Positions 10,641 through 20,817 of a DNA stretch of 64,000 nt are shown here, one piece after another. The first letter of the stretch is position 1. Every line of letters starts with the position of its first letter. Where the stretch lies: the NCBI GenBank assembly GCA_050294405.1, contig JBNKOC010000012.1:544001-608000 (forward strand), written 5' to 3'. This stretch comes from Fibrobacteria bacterium. Its GTDB lineage: Bacteria; Fibrobacterota; Fibrobacteria; UBA11236; JADFYW01. The notes under the pieces were generated by a model. The model saw only the letters and a list, made by a program, of their open reading frames with translations, made no database searches and was not told the DNA's origin. The position numbers and the translations under genes are program-made.

Positions 10641-12041
10641 ATGGGCGCTAAGGACTTTGCATATCATTTAAGATTTCAGCTGGCAAAGACCTTAAAAGAC
10701 TGGAATATCTTTCTAGACACCTGGAAAAAAAACCGTGGCGTAGGCAAAATTTTCAGGGATACAGATCCCTATCCAGATTCAGCAAGCTTAGGACTTCCCA
10801 GTTTATCTGTCCCCTGGAGCCAGTCCGCCTATGTTGCCGATTGGCTTAAAGCCAGAAAAAAATTAATACTCGCCCTTTCTCTCGGACTCCCTGGAATAGC
10901 TCTGCTGGTTTGGTTCGCCGGAAATCTTCCCAATGAAATTAGCTTAAGCGCCTTAACCCCAGCTCCCCAGGTGGAGATGCCAAGTCCCGAACCTGTTAAC
11001 AAGCCGGAACCAATGCAGGATAGCGCCACAGCAACATCAGAAAGCAAGCCGCCTGAAAAGACTGCGGAAATAAAAATTCCCAATAACATTCCGCTTTTAG
11101 TGGCCTCTAAAAAACGGGGTGAAATGTTTCTATACCAGTTTAAAAACAAAGAATGGAAACTGGTGAAAAGCTGGCCCATGTTATATGGAGCCAATGAGGG
11201 AAATAAGCAAGTGGAAGGCGATAAAAAGACACCGGAAGGGAATTACTGGATAACCCAAATTTATCCAGGTCCCAGGGTAGGGGAGTTATATGGCTCACTC
11301 ATTTTTACTTTGAATTTTCCCAATGAAAAAGATTTGGCCGCGGGTAAAACCGGAGATGGTATCTGGATTCATGGAAATCCCTTCGGCAAACCCATGGAGA
11401 GAACCAAAGGCTGTTTGAAACTGTCCAATGCGGATATGTTGGATCTTTTTCCCCATGTTAATAGGGCAACGCCTGTGGTGGTTCTTTCCAATACGGATTC
11501 ACGCACTCATCCATCCGAATTTGATTTGGCCTGGGTACCCAAGGACTACCCGGAAAGATTAAAAATAAAGGCGGAGCCCTATAACGAAAATTCAAAACTT
11601 TTAAGTTTGGAGGAGATTCGGATTATTGCCAAGCGATTTGTGGAAAGCGAAGAAAAGCTTTTTGCCTTTAGGGAGAAAAATACTTTGCCTCCCGAAGAAG
11701 TGGATAAAATCATGGCCCGAATTGAAAAGTGGAGATCCAGTTGGGCCTCCAAAGATATGGCTGGATATCAGGAAAATTTTCACCCGGAATTTAAAGGCAA
11801 AAATGGTCGGAACCTCAAAGAGTTTGTGGAAAGAAAGAAAATCATTGTAAATAATTTGGATTCACTGAACGTGGAAGTGAGCAACATTCAGATTATTCCA
11901 CAAAATGATTCCTTTTTTGTTGTGGAATTTGATCAAAGCTACCGGGCCTATCGCGGAGGAGAAATAACTTTAGCTGCGGATTCTCAAAAGGAGCTTATAT
12001 TAAATAAAAAGGACAATAAGTGGTTAATAGCCAAAGAGTAA
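10641..12041 (+). CDS. L,D-transpeptidase/carboxypeptidase (YkuD) with C-terminal NTF2-like domain, Csd6-like
   Basis: TM anchor, Pro-rich linker, GDKKTPEG, IWIHG...TKGC, C-terminal W..SW..KD...Y...F.Q.Y...WLI; start uncertain. Confidence 0.8.
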   Translation: MGAKDFAYHLRFQLAKTLKDWNIFLDTWKKNRGVGKIFRDTDPYPDSASLGLPSLSVPWSQSAYVADWLKARKKLILALSLGLPGIALLVWFAGNLPNEISLSALTPAPQVEMPSPEPVNKPEPMQDSATATSESKPPEKTAEIKIPNNIPLLVASKKRGEMFLYQFKNKEWKLVKSWPMLYGANEGNKQVEGDKKTPEGNYWITQIYPGPRVGELYGSLIFTLNFPNEKDLAAGKTGDGIWIHGNPFGKPMERTKGCLKLSNADMLDLFPHVNRATPVVVLSNTDSRTHPSEFDLAWVPKDYPERLKIKAEPYNENSKLLSLEEIRIIAKRFVESEEKLFAFREKNTLPPEEVDKIMARIEKWRSSWASKDMAGYQENFHPEFKGKNGRNLKEFVERKKIIVNNLDSLNVEVSNIQIIPQNDSFFVVEFDQSYRAYRGGEITLAADSQKELILNKKDNKWLIAKE

Positions 12042-12077
12042 TTTTGGGGTTTTAATTTTTTTGATTTTGGAGTAAAA

Positions 12078-14267
12078 ATGGCACAGGAACCAGAAGAAAT
12101 AAAAAATCAATTAATTGCGGCTTCTGATGAGGAGCTTGCACCTTTGGCTCAAAAGGTTTTTGAGATGGTTCAGGCCAAGATGAAAACCGGCTCCTCTTCA
12201 AATTCTCCAGCGGAAAATTTATCAGCCTTTGAAGAAAAATTATCCAACTTGAGTTTAAACCTGGAGCAGCTAAGTGTCCAGGTTGGGGATTATGAAAGCT
12301 CTCGCGCCAACTACGACCTGCTCAAAAAAAACCTGGACATGTTGGTGAAGAGAAAATCCGAGGTGGAAAAAAGAATCCATGCCTTAAGTAAACAAAGCCA
12401 TTTGGTGGAAAGGGCTCACATTGAGGCTGGTCGTTTATCCTCCATTTTTTGGACAATGGAAACGCAAATCAAGGAATTAAAAAAGCGCCATAAAGAAGTT
12501 AGCAAGTTGGACAAAGCCCTGGAGCAATTAGACGATAAATACCAGAATACCCATAAGTCCATTGAGAAGATAAATCAGTTTCAATCTCTTGTGAAAAAAA
12601 GCAGTGATAACATCGAGGAGATGGAAAAACTCAGCCGGGATTTGTCCAAAAAGCTCACGGACTTCAACGATTTTAACAGCATGGTGGATTCTGTCTCCCG
12701 CAAGGTGGATGAGGTCCATGCGGTGGCTGAGGCAAATGAAAATCAATTGCAAACTTTTTTAAAGCAAAGCAAGGGGCTTGCCTCCACCCGGGAAGCCATT
12801 GAATCTTACAACAATTTGCTTTTAAATGTCAGAACCAAAATCACCGAGGTTAAAGAAGACGAATATAAAATCGACGACCTCCATAGAAAATTAGAGGGTT
12901 TAAACACTCAATTTGAAAAATTAAAAGGGAATCTCAATGATGCGGAATCCCAGCAAAAAGAATTTTCTGAATTGGAAGGAAAAATTAAAGGCCAAAATCT
13001 AAGCATTATTAAAATGGAAGAAAGGCTGGGGGCCATACAAGATATGGGGAATACCCTGGACGATTTGCAAAAGCGAGCGGAAACCTTAAAAGAAAAATCC
13101 GATGATATTACTGGCAAGATGTGGTTACTTACCCGTAAAGAAAATGAACTAAATAAAATGTCCAGTAAAATGGAACAAACCACCAAACAAGTCCACAACA
13201 CTCTTTCCAAAATTGATGAAATTTCCCACAAAGGGCATAAAGTAAATGAACTGGAAAAACGCATAGATGAGCTGGAAAAATTATCACAGGATGTTAATGG
13301 AAAAATTGTAAGCCAGTTGGAACGCCAGGCGGAACTGGAACAGTTTGAACGCAAATTAAGAGAACTTAACAGTTTAAGCGAGCAAGTTTCTCTCAAAATG
13401 GAAACCCTGAGCAAGCAGGAACAAAGGGTCGAAGAGTTGGAAAGCAACATATCTAACATGGAGGAACTGGAGGAAAGAGTCAAACAAGTTACAGAGCAAC
13501 TGGATTCCAGCCGGGAAAAAATTCTGGAAAAAGAAGATCAGGCCAAAGAAATCCATGTGGAAATGGAAAAGATCAATTCCGAGATGCACCAACAAATCGA
13601 ACGTCTGCAGGAAGAACGGCAGGAGTTTAACGCCGAAATGGATAGACGCAGCACGGCTATCAGGGCTATGGATGCCGAGCTCAAAAATTCAATGGCTCAA
13701 TTAAAAGACGACCAGGAAATGGTAAACCAAACGGAATCACGCTTGAGGGAAGCTGCAGCTTCCAGAGTGGATTTTGAAGAAGCCATGAAATCCATGGAAG
13801 AAAAATCAAGGATTATTGAATCTGTGCAAAATAAACTCAAGGATGTGAGCGAAACCAAATCCACCATTGAAAAAGAAATGGAAACTCTGCAAAAAGACTT
13901 GTACGCCCTTAAAGATGTGGAATACAGCATTGATAAATTAAAGAATCTGAAGGAAAGCCTGGTTAAGGAAGTGGAGGCTGTAAATTCAGAAAGAAAATTT
14001 ATTCGGGAAGTGCAGCAATCTGTACAGGGTATTAATCATTCCATGGAGCTTCTAGAAGCTAAAATGAAGTCCCTTGCCTTGGAAAGAAAATATGTTAAAG
14101 ATGCTGAAGCCCAAATCGAAAACTTCCACGCTTTGGTAAGTGATTTACAGTCAGAAATTGAATATATAAAAGGCGAAAAAGAAAGCATCCAGTCCTTAAG
14201 CGAAAAAATCGCGGAGCTTCAGTATTTGCTGAGCGAAGCGGACGCCAAAATAGACAGGCTCAAGTAG
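12078..14267 (+). CDS. Long coiled-coil protein with 31-aa periodicity
   Basis: E/K/L/Q-rich, no Pro beyond the N-terminus, no ATPase motif; GGAG upstream. Confidence 0.8.
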   Translation: MAQEPEEIKNQLIAASDEELAPLAQKVFEMVQAKMKTGSSSNSPAENLSAFEEKLSNLSLNLEQLSVQVGDYESSRANYDLLKKNLDMLVKRKSEVEKRIHALSKQSHLVERAHIEAGRLSSIFWTMETQIKELKKRHKEVSKLDKALEQLDDKYQNTHKSIEKINQFQSLVKKSSDNIEEMEKLSRDLSKKLTDFNDFNSMVDSVSRKVDEVHAVAEANENQLQTFLKQSKGLASTREAIESYNNLLLNVRTKITEVKEDEYKIDDLHRKLEGLNTQFEKLKGNLNDAESQQKEFSELEGKIKGQNLSIIKMEERLGAIQDMGNTLDDLQKRAETLKEKSDDITGKMWLLTRKENELNKMSSKMEQTTKQVHNTLSKIDEISHKGHKVNELEKRIDELEKLSQDVNGKIVSQLERQAELEQFERKLRELNSLSEQVSLKMETLSKQEQRVEELESNISNMEELEERVKQVTEQLDSSREKILEKEDQAKEIHVEMEKINSEMHQQIERLQEERQEFNAEMDRRSTAIRAMDAELKNSMAQLKDDQEMVNQTESRLREAAASRVDFEEAMKSMEEKSRIIESVQNKLKDVSETKSTIEKEMETLQKDLYALKDVEYSIDKLKNLKESLVKEVEAVNSERKFIREVQQSVQGINHSMELLEAKMKSLALERKYVKDAEAQIENFHALVSDLQSEIEYIKGEKESIQSLSEKIAELQYLLSEADAKIDRLK

Positions 14268-14282
14268 TAAAAATCTAAAGAG

Positions 14283-14328
14283 AGTTCTAAAACTTGAAAA
14301 TCGCAGCTTTTAGGCAAGTTTTAGAGCT
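14283..14328. other. 14-bp inverted repeat between coiled-coil gene and relA/spoT
   Basis: AGTTCTAAAACTTG-N18-CAAGTTTTAGAGCT, one mismatch. Confidence 0.55.
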
Positions 14329-14413
14329 GCCATTATGATAAAAAACAGAGGCCGATTACCTGTACCCCTCCTTATAAATGTATAATGATCATATAGGAGA
14401 AAGATAGGGTCAA

Positions 14414-16600
14414 ATGTCTACTTCAATGTACCCCAAGCAGGATGTATTAAGCCATATTGATAGGGCTAAGGTAAACCTTTTGGTTTACATAGAATCCAAA
14501 GTCCCAGATATTGATAGGGAGCAAATTGGCCATGCGGTGGAATACACTATCCTGGCCCATAAAAACCAGTATCGCCGCTCCGGGCTTCCTTATGTGGACC
14601 ACCCCTTTGAAGTGGCTAAATTATTGGCGGACTTTAACATGGACAGCACTACTATTATAGCAGGGCTGCTCCACGATGTGGTGGAAGACACCAAAATACC
14701 CAGTTCTGAAATTGAAAAGGAATTTGGCAGCCAGGTATCTTTTTTGGTGGATGCTGTAACTAAAATATCCGCCATTCAGGCGAAGTCCCGCATTGAACAG
14801 CAAGCGGAAACCTTCCGCAAAATGTTGCTGTCCGTTGCCAAGGACTTCAGGGTTATCATGATAAAATTTGCAGATAGATTGCATAACATGCGCACCCTTG
14901 GATACATGAAAGATGAAAAGAAAAAGGCCATTGCCGCCGAGACCCTGGAAGTGTACGCGCCCCTGGCCCATCGCTTTGGCTTAGCCCGTATCAAGTGGGA
15001 GCTGGAAGATTTATCCTTTAAACACCTGAACCCGGATGCTTATAAAAATCTGGTGCAAAAAATTGTGGAAAAAAGGGCCGAACGGGAAGGCTACATTAGA
15101 AGTTTAATTAAACCCGTCCAGCAGGCCTTGGAAGAACACGGAACCAAAGCCAGAGTGTATGGCAGGCCCAAGCATTTTTACAGCATTTGGAAAAAAATGC
15201 AAACCAGAAAATGCGCCTTTGAGGATGTATATGATTTGTTAGCATTACGGGTAATTGTGGACACTATTCCCCAATGTTACGAAGTACTTGGAATAGTTCA
15301 TTCCCTATGGTCTCCTTTGCAGACCCGCTTTAAGGATTTTATCGCCACGCCTAAATCCAATATGTATCAATCGTTGCATACCACATTAGTGGGCCCCAAG
15401 GGAAAACCGGTGGAAATTCAAATCCGCACCGAAGATATGAACCGCACGGCTGAACATGGAATTGCGGCTCACTGGGCCTATAAAGAGAAAAAAGCCCCCA
15501 GAAAAGTGGAGCGGGAAAACCGCTGGCTCAACCAGTTTATGGATTGGCAGAAAGATTTAAAAGACTCTGCGGAATTTATGGAGTTTTTCCGAATTGATTT
15601 AAAATCTGATGAAATTTTTGTTTTTACTCCTAAAGGCGATCTAAAACAGCTCCCCAAGGGTTCCACGGCCCTGGATTATGCCTTTGAGGTACATACCGAA
15701 GTGGGAATCCACTGTATTGGGGCCAAGGTGGACGGGAAAGTGGTTCCCCTGGACAAAGTTTTGAAAACTGGCTCAACTGTGGAAATTTTAAAATCCATGG
15801 CCCAGACCCCTTCAAGGGATTGGCTTCGAATTGTGACCACCTCTAAAGCAAAAAGTTCTATTCGCAGGTGGCTTAAAAAAGAAGAACAGGAAGAAAGCAT
15901 CCAGTTGGGCAAAGAGCTGTTAAAGCGAGAATGGCAAAGCATGAAAATCTCCGAAAAACTGGAGGATTGCTTTACCAGGTTTAAAACCAAATATTTAGTG
16001 GACAGTTGGGATTCCCTGTATCAGCGTATAGGAAATGGAGACATTAGCCTGGGTTCCCTGGAGGGGTTTTTACAACAGCATTTTGAACTTCCCAGCAAAA
16101 GCGTTTTTGATAAGGTTCGCATTAAAAAAAGCCAGCCCAAAATGGAGGCCGTATTGGTATCCGGGCTCGATCATATGCTCTTTAAATTTGCCAGTTGTTG
16201 CCAACCACTTCCCGGCGACGATATTTTAGGGTATATCACAAAAGGAAAAGGGGTTTCTATCCACAGGGCTAATTGCCCGGAAGGCATAAAGCTCTGCAAA
16301 GACCAGGAACGCACGGTTCCCGTACAGTGGAAATCCGAAGAACTCTCTCCCCAAAGTGTTTTTATTGAAGTGCACGCCAAAGACAAGCCTGGTCTCCTAT
16401 ATAATATTACAGATGTTTTTAAATCCTGCGATATTGATGTGGAAAGAGCCTCCATTATCACCGTCAAAAACAAAGTGCGGAACCGCTTTAAAATCAGGGT
16501 GAGTTCAGCCTTTCAGCTTTCCAAGGCGTTTAATGAATTGCGGAAAATCAAGGAAGTGCAGTCGGTTTTCAGAAAATCCACCTCCAATATGGATTTTTAG
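14414..16600 (+). CDS. spoT: Bifunctional (p)ppGpp synthetase/hydrolase
   Basis: LLHDVVED, ADRLHNMRTL, GRPKH, YQSLHT, EIQIRT; TGS and ACT domains. Confidence 0.95.
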   Translation: MSTSMYPKQDVLSHIDRAKVNLLVYIESKVPDIDREQIGHAVEYTILAHKNQYRRSGLPYVDHPFEVAKLLADFNMDSTTIIAGLLHDVVEDTKIPSSEIEKEFGSQVSFLVDAVTKISAIQAKSRIEQQAETFRKMLLSVAKDFRVIMIKFADRLHNMRTLGYMKDEKKKAIAAETLEVYAPLAHRFGLARIKWELEDLSFKHLNPDAYKNLVQKIVEKRAEREGYIRSLIKPVQQALEEHGTKARVYGRPKHFYSIWKKMQTRKCAFEDVYDLLALRVIVDTIPQCYEVLGIVHSLWSPLQTRFKDFIATPKSNMYQSLHTTLVGPKGKPVEIQIRTEDMNRTAEHGIAAHWAYKEKKAPRKVERENRWLNQFMDWQKDLKDSAEFMEFFRIDLKSDEIFVFTPKGDLKQLPKGSTALDYAFEVHTEVGIHCIGAKVDGKVVPLDKVLKTGSTVEILKSMAQTPSRDWLRIVTTSKAKSSIRRWLKKEEQEESIQLGKELLKREWQSMKISEKLEDCFTRFKTKYLVDSWDSLYQRIGNGDISLGSLEGFLQQHFELPSKSVFDKVRIKKSQPKMEAVLVSGLDHMLFKFASCCQPLPGDDILGYITKGKGVSIHRANCPEGIKLCKDQERTVPVQWKSEELSPQSVFIEVHAKDKPGLLYNITDVFKSCDIDVERASIITVKNKVRNRFKIRVSSAFQLSKAFNELRKIKEVQSVFRKSTSNMDF

Positions 16601-16686
16601 AAAATGGGGTTTCCTTATTTTTGCCCAATAACCTTTGCCATTTTAAACTAAGTCTCCAGCTCCATTTGGCTTCAAATTGAGCCCAC

Positions 16687-16715
16687 TTGAATTAGCTCTT
16701 TCAAATTATTACGTT
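16687..16715 (+). promoter_or_regulatory. Sigma-70-type promoter of fusA
   Basis: TTGAAT-N17-TACGTT. Confidence 0.55.
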
Positions 16716-16759
16716 TGGCCCGATTTTGACAGGAATTTAACCTTAATTTTGAGCTAAAA

Positions 16760-18835
16760 ATGAGACCTTTAGAAAACTTGAGAAATATCGGTATCAGTGC
16801 CCATATCGATTCCGGTAAAACAACTCTTACCGAACGTATCCTATTTTACACAGGCATCATCCATGCCATTCACGAAGTGCGTGGTAAAGATGGAGTGGGC
16901 GCCACCATGGACCATATGGAACTGGAAAGAGAACGTGGAATTACCATTACCTCCGCGGCCACACATTGCCAATGGAAAGACACTAAAATTAACATCATTG
17001 ATACCCCGGGGCACGTTGATTTTACAATTGAGGTAGAAAGGTCTCTACGTGTGCTTGATGGCGCAATTCTTGTTCTTTGCGGTGCTTCTGGAGTTCAATC
17101 CCAGTCCTACACTGTAGACAGGCAAATGAAACGTTATAATGTGCCCAGAGTTGCCTTTGTTAATAAATGCGACCGCTCTGGCGCCAATCCTTTTAAAGTA
17201 TGCGAACAGCTTCGCACTAAATTGGGCCACAACTCTGTAATGGTTCAAATACCTATTGGTTTAGAAGATAAGCACAAAGGTTTAGTGGATTTGATTACCA
17301 TGCGCGCCCATATTTTCACTGGCGATAACGGAGAAAATATTTCCGATGAAGATATTCCTGCAGATTTGAAAGATCAGGCAGAAGAATACAGAGCGAAAAT
17401 GTTAGATGTTATTTCTGAATATTCAGATGAATTAACAGAACTTATTCTGGAAGAAAAAGAAATTCCCGTGGAGTTGATTTACGATACCATCCGTAAAGCA
17501 ACTATTGATTTAAGTTTAACTCCCGTATTTTGTGGCAGTGCTTATAAAAACGTAGGCGTTCAAAAATTACTGGACGGTGTTACCGCCTTTTTGCCTAACC
17601 CTTATGATGTTAAAAACAGAGCTTTGGATTTAAACGATTCTGAAAAAGAAATCGTATTGGAACCCGATGAAAATAAACCTCTTGTTTCTTATATCTTTAA
17701 GCTGGAAGATGGCCGTTTTGGTCAGTTGAGCTATATGCGCATTTACCAGGGTAAAATTGTAAAAGGAACTCCTATTTACAATATGACCACCAAGAAAAAA
17801 CATTCTGTGGGCCGTTTGGTGCGTATGCACTCAAATGACATGCAAGACATCACCGAAGCAGGAGCTGGTGATATTGTAGCTTTGTTTGGCATTGATTGCG
17901 CTTCCGGTACAACTTTTACCGATGGAAAAATGGAAGTAGCTATGACTTCCATGCATGTTCCTGAACCTGTAATTGACTTGGTAATTGAAGCCACCAACCG
18001 CGATCAGTTGGCTAACCTTTCTAAGGGAATCAACCGTTTCCTTAAGGAAGACCCTACTTTTAAAGTAAAATACGACGAAGAAAGCGGACAAACCATTATT
18101 TCCGGTATGGGTGAACTGCACCTTGATGTATACATCGAAAGATTAAAACGCGAATACGGTGTTAACTTAACTACTGGTCGTCCTCAGGTTGCCTATCGTG
18201 AAACCATTACAGCCCATGCGGACTTTAATTACACTCACAAAAAGCAAACTGGTGGTGCCGGTCAATTTGCCCGCGTTGGCGGATTCATTGAACCCACCGA
18301 TAACGATGAACATTATGAATTTTTGGACAAAATTGTGGGCGGTGTTATTCCTAAAGAATTTGTGCCCAGTTGCGATAAAGGATTTAAAGCTGCAATGGAT
18401 GCTGGCGATTTAATTGGCTTTCCCATTACAGGCGTGCGTTGTTGCATCAATGACGGCGCCACTCACCCAGTGGACTCCAGTGACATGGCTTTCCAGGTCG
18501 CATCTCGTTCGGCTTTCCGTGAAAGTTATAAAAAAGCAGGGCCAGTTATCCTTGAACCTTTGATGAAAGTGGTGGTGGAAGCCCCTGCCGAATTCCAGGG
18601 TACGGTTCTTGGCAACTTAAACCAACGTCGTGGAATGATTTTAGGTTCCAGCGAAGAAGATGGTTTCTGTAAAATTGATGCAGAAGTTCCACTTTCTGAA
18701 ATGTTTGGTTATGCGACTGACCTTCGCTCCTTAACTCAAGGAAAGGCCGAGTTTACCATGGAATTTTCCAAATACGCTCAAGTGCCCAAAAGCATTAGCG
18801 ACGAATTGGTGAAAAAATACGGTAACAGCAGATAA
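16760..18835 (+). CDS. fusA: Elongation factor G (mtEFG1/spirochaete-like type)
   Basis: [49 protein letters not shown]. Confidence 0.97.
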   Translation: MRPLENLRNIGISAHIDSGKTTLTERILFYTGIIHAIHEVRGKDGVGATMDHMELERERGITITSAATHCQWKDTKINIIDTPGHVDFTIEVERSLRVLDGAILVLCGASGVQSQSYTVDRQMKRYNVPRVAFVNKCDRSGANPFKVCEQLRTKLGHNSVMVQIPIGLEDKHKGLVDLITMRAHIFTGDNGENISDEDIPADLKDQAEEYRAKMLDVISEYSDELTELILEEKEIPVELIYDTIRKATIDLSLTPVFCGSAYKNVGVQKLLDGVTAFLPNPYDVKNRALDLNDSEKEIVLEPDENKPLVSYIFKLEDGRFGQLSYMRIYQGKIVKGTPIYNMTTKKKHSVGRLVRMHSNDMQDITEAGAGDIVALFGIDCASGTTFTDGKMEVAMTSMHVPEPVIDLVIEATNRDQLANLSKGINRFLKEDPTFKVKYDEESGQTIISGMGELHLDVYIERLKREYGVNLTTGRPQVAYRETITAHADFNYTHKKQTGGAGQFARVGGFIEPTDNDEHYEFLDKIVGGVIPKEFVPSCDKGFKAAMDAGDLIGFPITGVRCCINDGATHPVDSSDMAFQVASRSAFRESYKKAGPVILEPLMKVVVEAPAEFQGTVLGNLNQRRGMILGSSEEDGFCKIDAEVPLSEMFGYATDLRSLTQGKAEFTMEFSKYAQVPKSISDELVKKYGNSR

Positions 18836-18859
18836 CTGTTTGCAAAACTTGATTTAATG

Positions 18860-18889
18860 GCCATCTGGTTTTTCCGGGTGGCTTTTTTT
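18860..18889 (+). terminator. Intrinsic terminator after fusA
   Basis: GCCATCTGG-TTTTT-CCGGGTGGC followed by T7. Confidence 0.8.
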
Positions 18890-18935
18890 ATGTGCTGGTT
18901 TCCCGGGCAAGTTTTTATCTTCCTTTAAGAAAATT

Positions 18936-19823
18936 ATGATTAAGATTCAGGAAAATGTGAGTCTGGCTCCAATGGCCTCTTTTAAAGTGGGAGGAGCTGC
19001 ACAGTTTTTTACAGCCCCAAGTAATAAAGAAGAATTTTTGGAAGCTGTTCGCTGGGCTAATGAAAAAAAGCTTCCCATATTTATGCTAGGCAAGGGATCT
19101 AACCTGGTGATTTCCGATAAAGGGGTTAAAGGCCTTACTATTTTTACCGCCCAGGGCTTTGATAGCATATATTGGGACAATAATCTGGCTCGCTGCGACG
19201 CAGGAGCCTTGGTGTACACAGCCATGCGTCAGTCGGTCCAACAGGGTTTAACCGGAATTCAAAAACTTGGAGGAATACCGGGCACCTTGGGCGGTGCCGC
19301 TTACATTAATGCCGGAGCTTACGGCCAGGAATTTTCAGATGTAATTGTAGAAGTGGAGTCCTGTGATAAAAATGGAGATGTAATCGTAAGAACCAAGCCT
19401 GAATGTAGGTTTAGCTATCGCAATTCTGTTTTTACTCAATTGGAAGAATACATTCTTTCCGTAAAACTTGAACTTAAGCAAGCAGCGGATAAAGAGCAGT
19501 TGGAAAAAGAAATGCGCGAATCATTAGCGCATCGAAAGCAAACCCAGCCTTTGCATCTCCCTAATTCAGGCAGCATTTTCAAACGGCCCCAGGGCCGTTT
19601 TCCGGGACAAATTATTGAGGAGGCCGGGCTTAAAGGCATGAGAGAAGGGGGCGCAGAAGTTTCTCCCAAGCACGCCAATTTTATTGTAAACATGGGGGGC
19701 GCCAGTGCTCAAAATATTTTTGATTTAAGCAAGCTGGTGCAGTCTAGAGTGAAAGAGAAAATGGATATGGACTTGGAACACGAAGTCCGATTTATTGGCG
19801 AATTTTTGCCGTGGCCCAGATAG
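18936..19823 (+). CDS. murB: UDP-N-acetylenolpyruvoylglucosamine reductase
   Basis: GKGSNL, GIPGTLGGA.YINAGAYG, FSYRNS, GSIFKRP, KHANFIVN. Confidence 0.96.
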   Translation: MIKIQENVSLAPMASFKVGGAAQFFTAPSNKEEFLEAVRWANEKKLPIFMLGKGSNLVISDKGVKGLTIFTAQGFDSIYWDNNLARCDAGALVYTAMRQSVQQGLTGIQKLGGIPGTLGGAAYINAGAYGQEFSDVIVEVESCDKNGDVIVRTKPECRFSYRNSVFTQLEEYILSVKLELKQAADKEQLEKEMRESLAHRKQTQPLHLPNSGSIFKRPQGRFPGQIIEEAGLKGMREGGAEVSPKHANFIVNMGGASAQNIFDLSKLVQSRVKEKMDMDLEHEVRFIGEFLPWPR

Positions 19824-20638
19824 CAGTCATTCTTCCCGCTTACAATAGAGCTCATCTATTAGAACGGGCCATTGAGTCCGTGCTTATCCAGAGCTTTGCA
19901 GATTTTGTTTTATATGTAGTGGATGATGGGAGCACGGATTCCACAAAAAACCTGCTGCAAAAATGGGAACAACATCCCAAACTAAAATATTTTTTTAAAA
20001 AACACGAAGGTGTGAGCGCTGCTAGAAATTTTGGGGTTTCGATGTCTACAGAACCCTATTTGTGTTTTTTAGATAGTGATGATGAGTGGCTGCCTCAAAA
20101 ATTGGAACTTCAATATGGTTTTCACAAAAATAAAGGGTTCCATATTTCCCAAACCCGGGAACGCTGGATTCGCCGGGGAATGAGGGTAAACCCTCCTAAA
20201 CATTCCGTAAAAACAGGAGGCGATATATTTCTAAAATCTCTGGAGCGATGCATGGTGACCCCTTCTTCGGTTATGATAAACAGAGAGCTTTGGGAGGAGT
20301 ACGGAGGTTTCGATGTGGATTTTCCAGCTTGTGAAGATTACGAGCTTTGGCTTCGAATCTGCGCCAAATATTCTGTGGGGCTTTTGGATAAAGAGCTTTT
20401 AATTCGTTATGGCGGGCATTCCGATCAATTGTCCGCCAAATACCCCGCTATGGATAAGTTCAGGATTCAGGCCTTGCACAAAACTTTTTTAAACACAAAG
20501 CTAAGCGATGTTCAAAAATCAAATTTATTAAAGGTTCTACGGAAAAAAATGGAGATATACCGGGGAGGCTGTTTGAAACGCAATAATGTTAGGGAATTAA
20601 ATTGGTGCGACAGGCTCTTAGGAGCCTGTCGCACTTAA
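19811..20638 (+). CDS. Glycosyltransferase family 2
   Basis: PAYNR, VVDDGSTD, ARNFG, FLDSDD, CEDYELW. Confidence 0.92.
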   Translation: MAQIAVILPAYNRAHLLERAIESVLIQSFADFVLYVVDDGSTDSTKNLLQKWEQHPKLKYFFKKHEGVSAARNFGVSMSTEPYLCFLDSDDEWLPQKLELQYGFHKNKGFHISQTRERWIRRGMRVNPPKHSVKTGGDIFLKSLERCMVTPSSVMINRELWEEYGGFDVDFPACEDYELWLRICAKYSVGLLDKELLIRYGGHSDQLSAKYPAMDKFRIQALHKTFLNTKLSDVQKSNLLKVLRKKMEIYRGGCLKRNNVRELNWCDRLLGACRT

Positions 20639-20813
20639 CATTCGCGCTGCGTCTGGCTGCAAAATCACCGTTCATCGTTGCACTTTTCGACGTAATTCCC
20701 CATTCTTTGAATGGGGCCCAACAGCATTTTACTTTTTTACGTCTGCAAAGACGCCTTGATCCGCGATTTTTCGCTCAGTCTCGCTATGCAAAGCTTAAAT
20801 CCGACAGGCTCCT
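20620..20813. mobile_element. MITE-like repeat, longer copy (194 bp) with 12-bp terminal inverted repeats
   Basis: AGGAGCCTGTCG...CGACAGGCTCCT; internal hairpins GACGTAA/TTACGTC and CCCCATTC/GAATGGGG; no transposase. Confidence 0.82.
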
Positions 20814-20817
20814 GGCC

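Noticed and set aside
12078..14267. SMC/SbcC assignment
   Set aside because: No Walker A/B or signature motifs.
14318..14328. GTTTTAGAGCT, resembling the start of a type II CRISPR repeat
   Set aside because: Single occurrence, one arm of a local inverted repeat, no spacers or cas genes.
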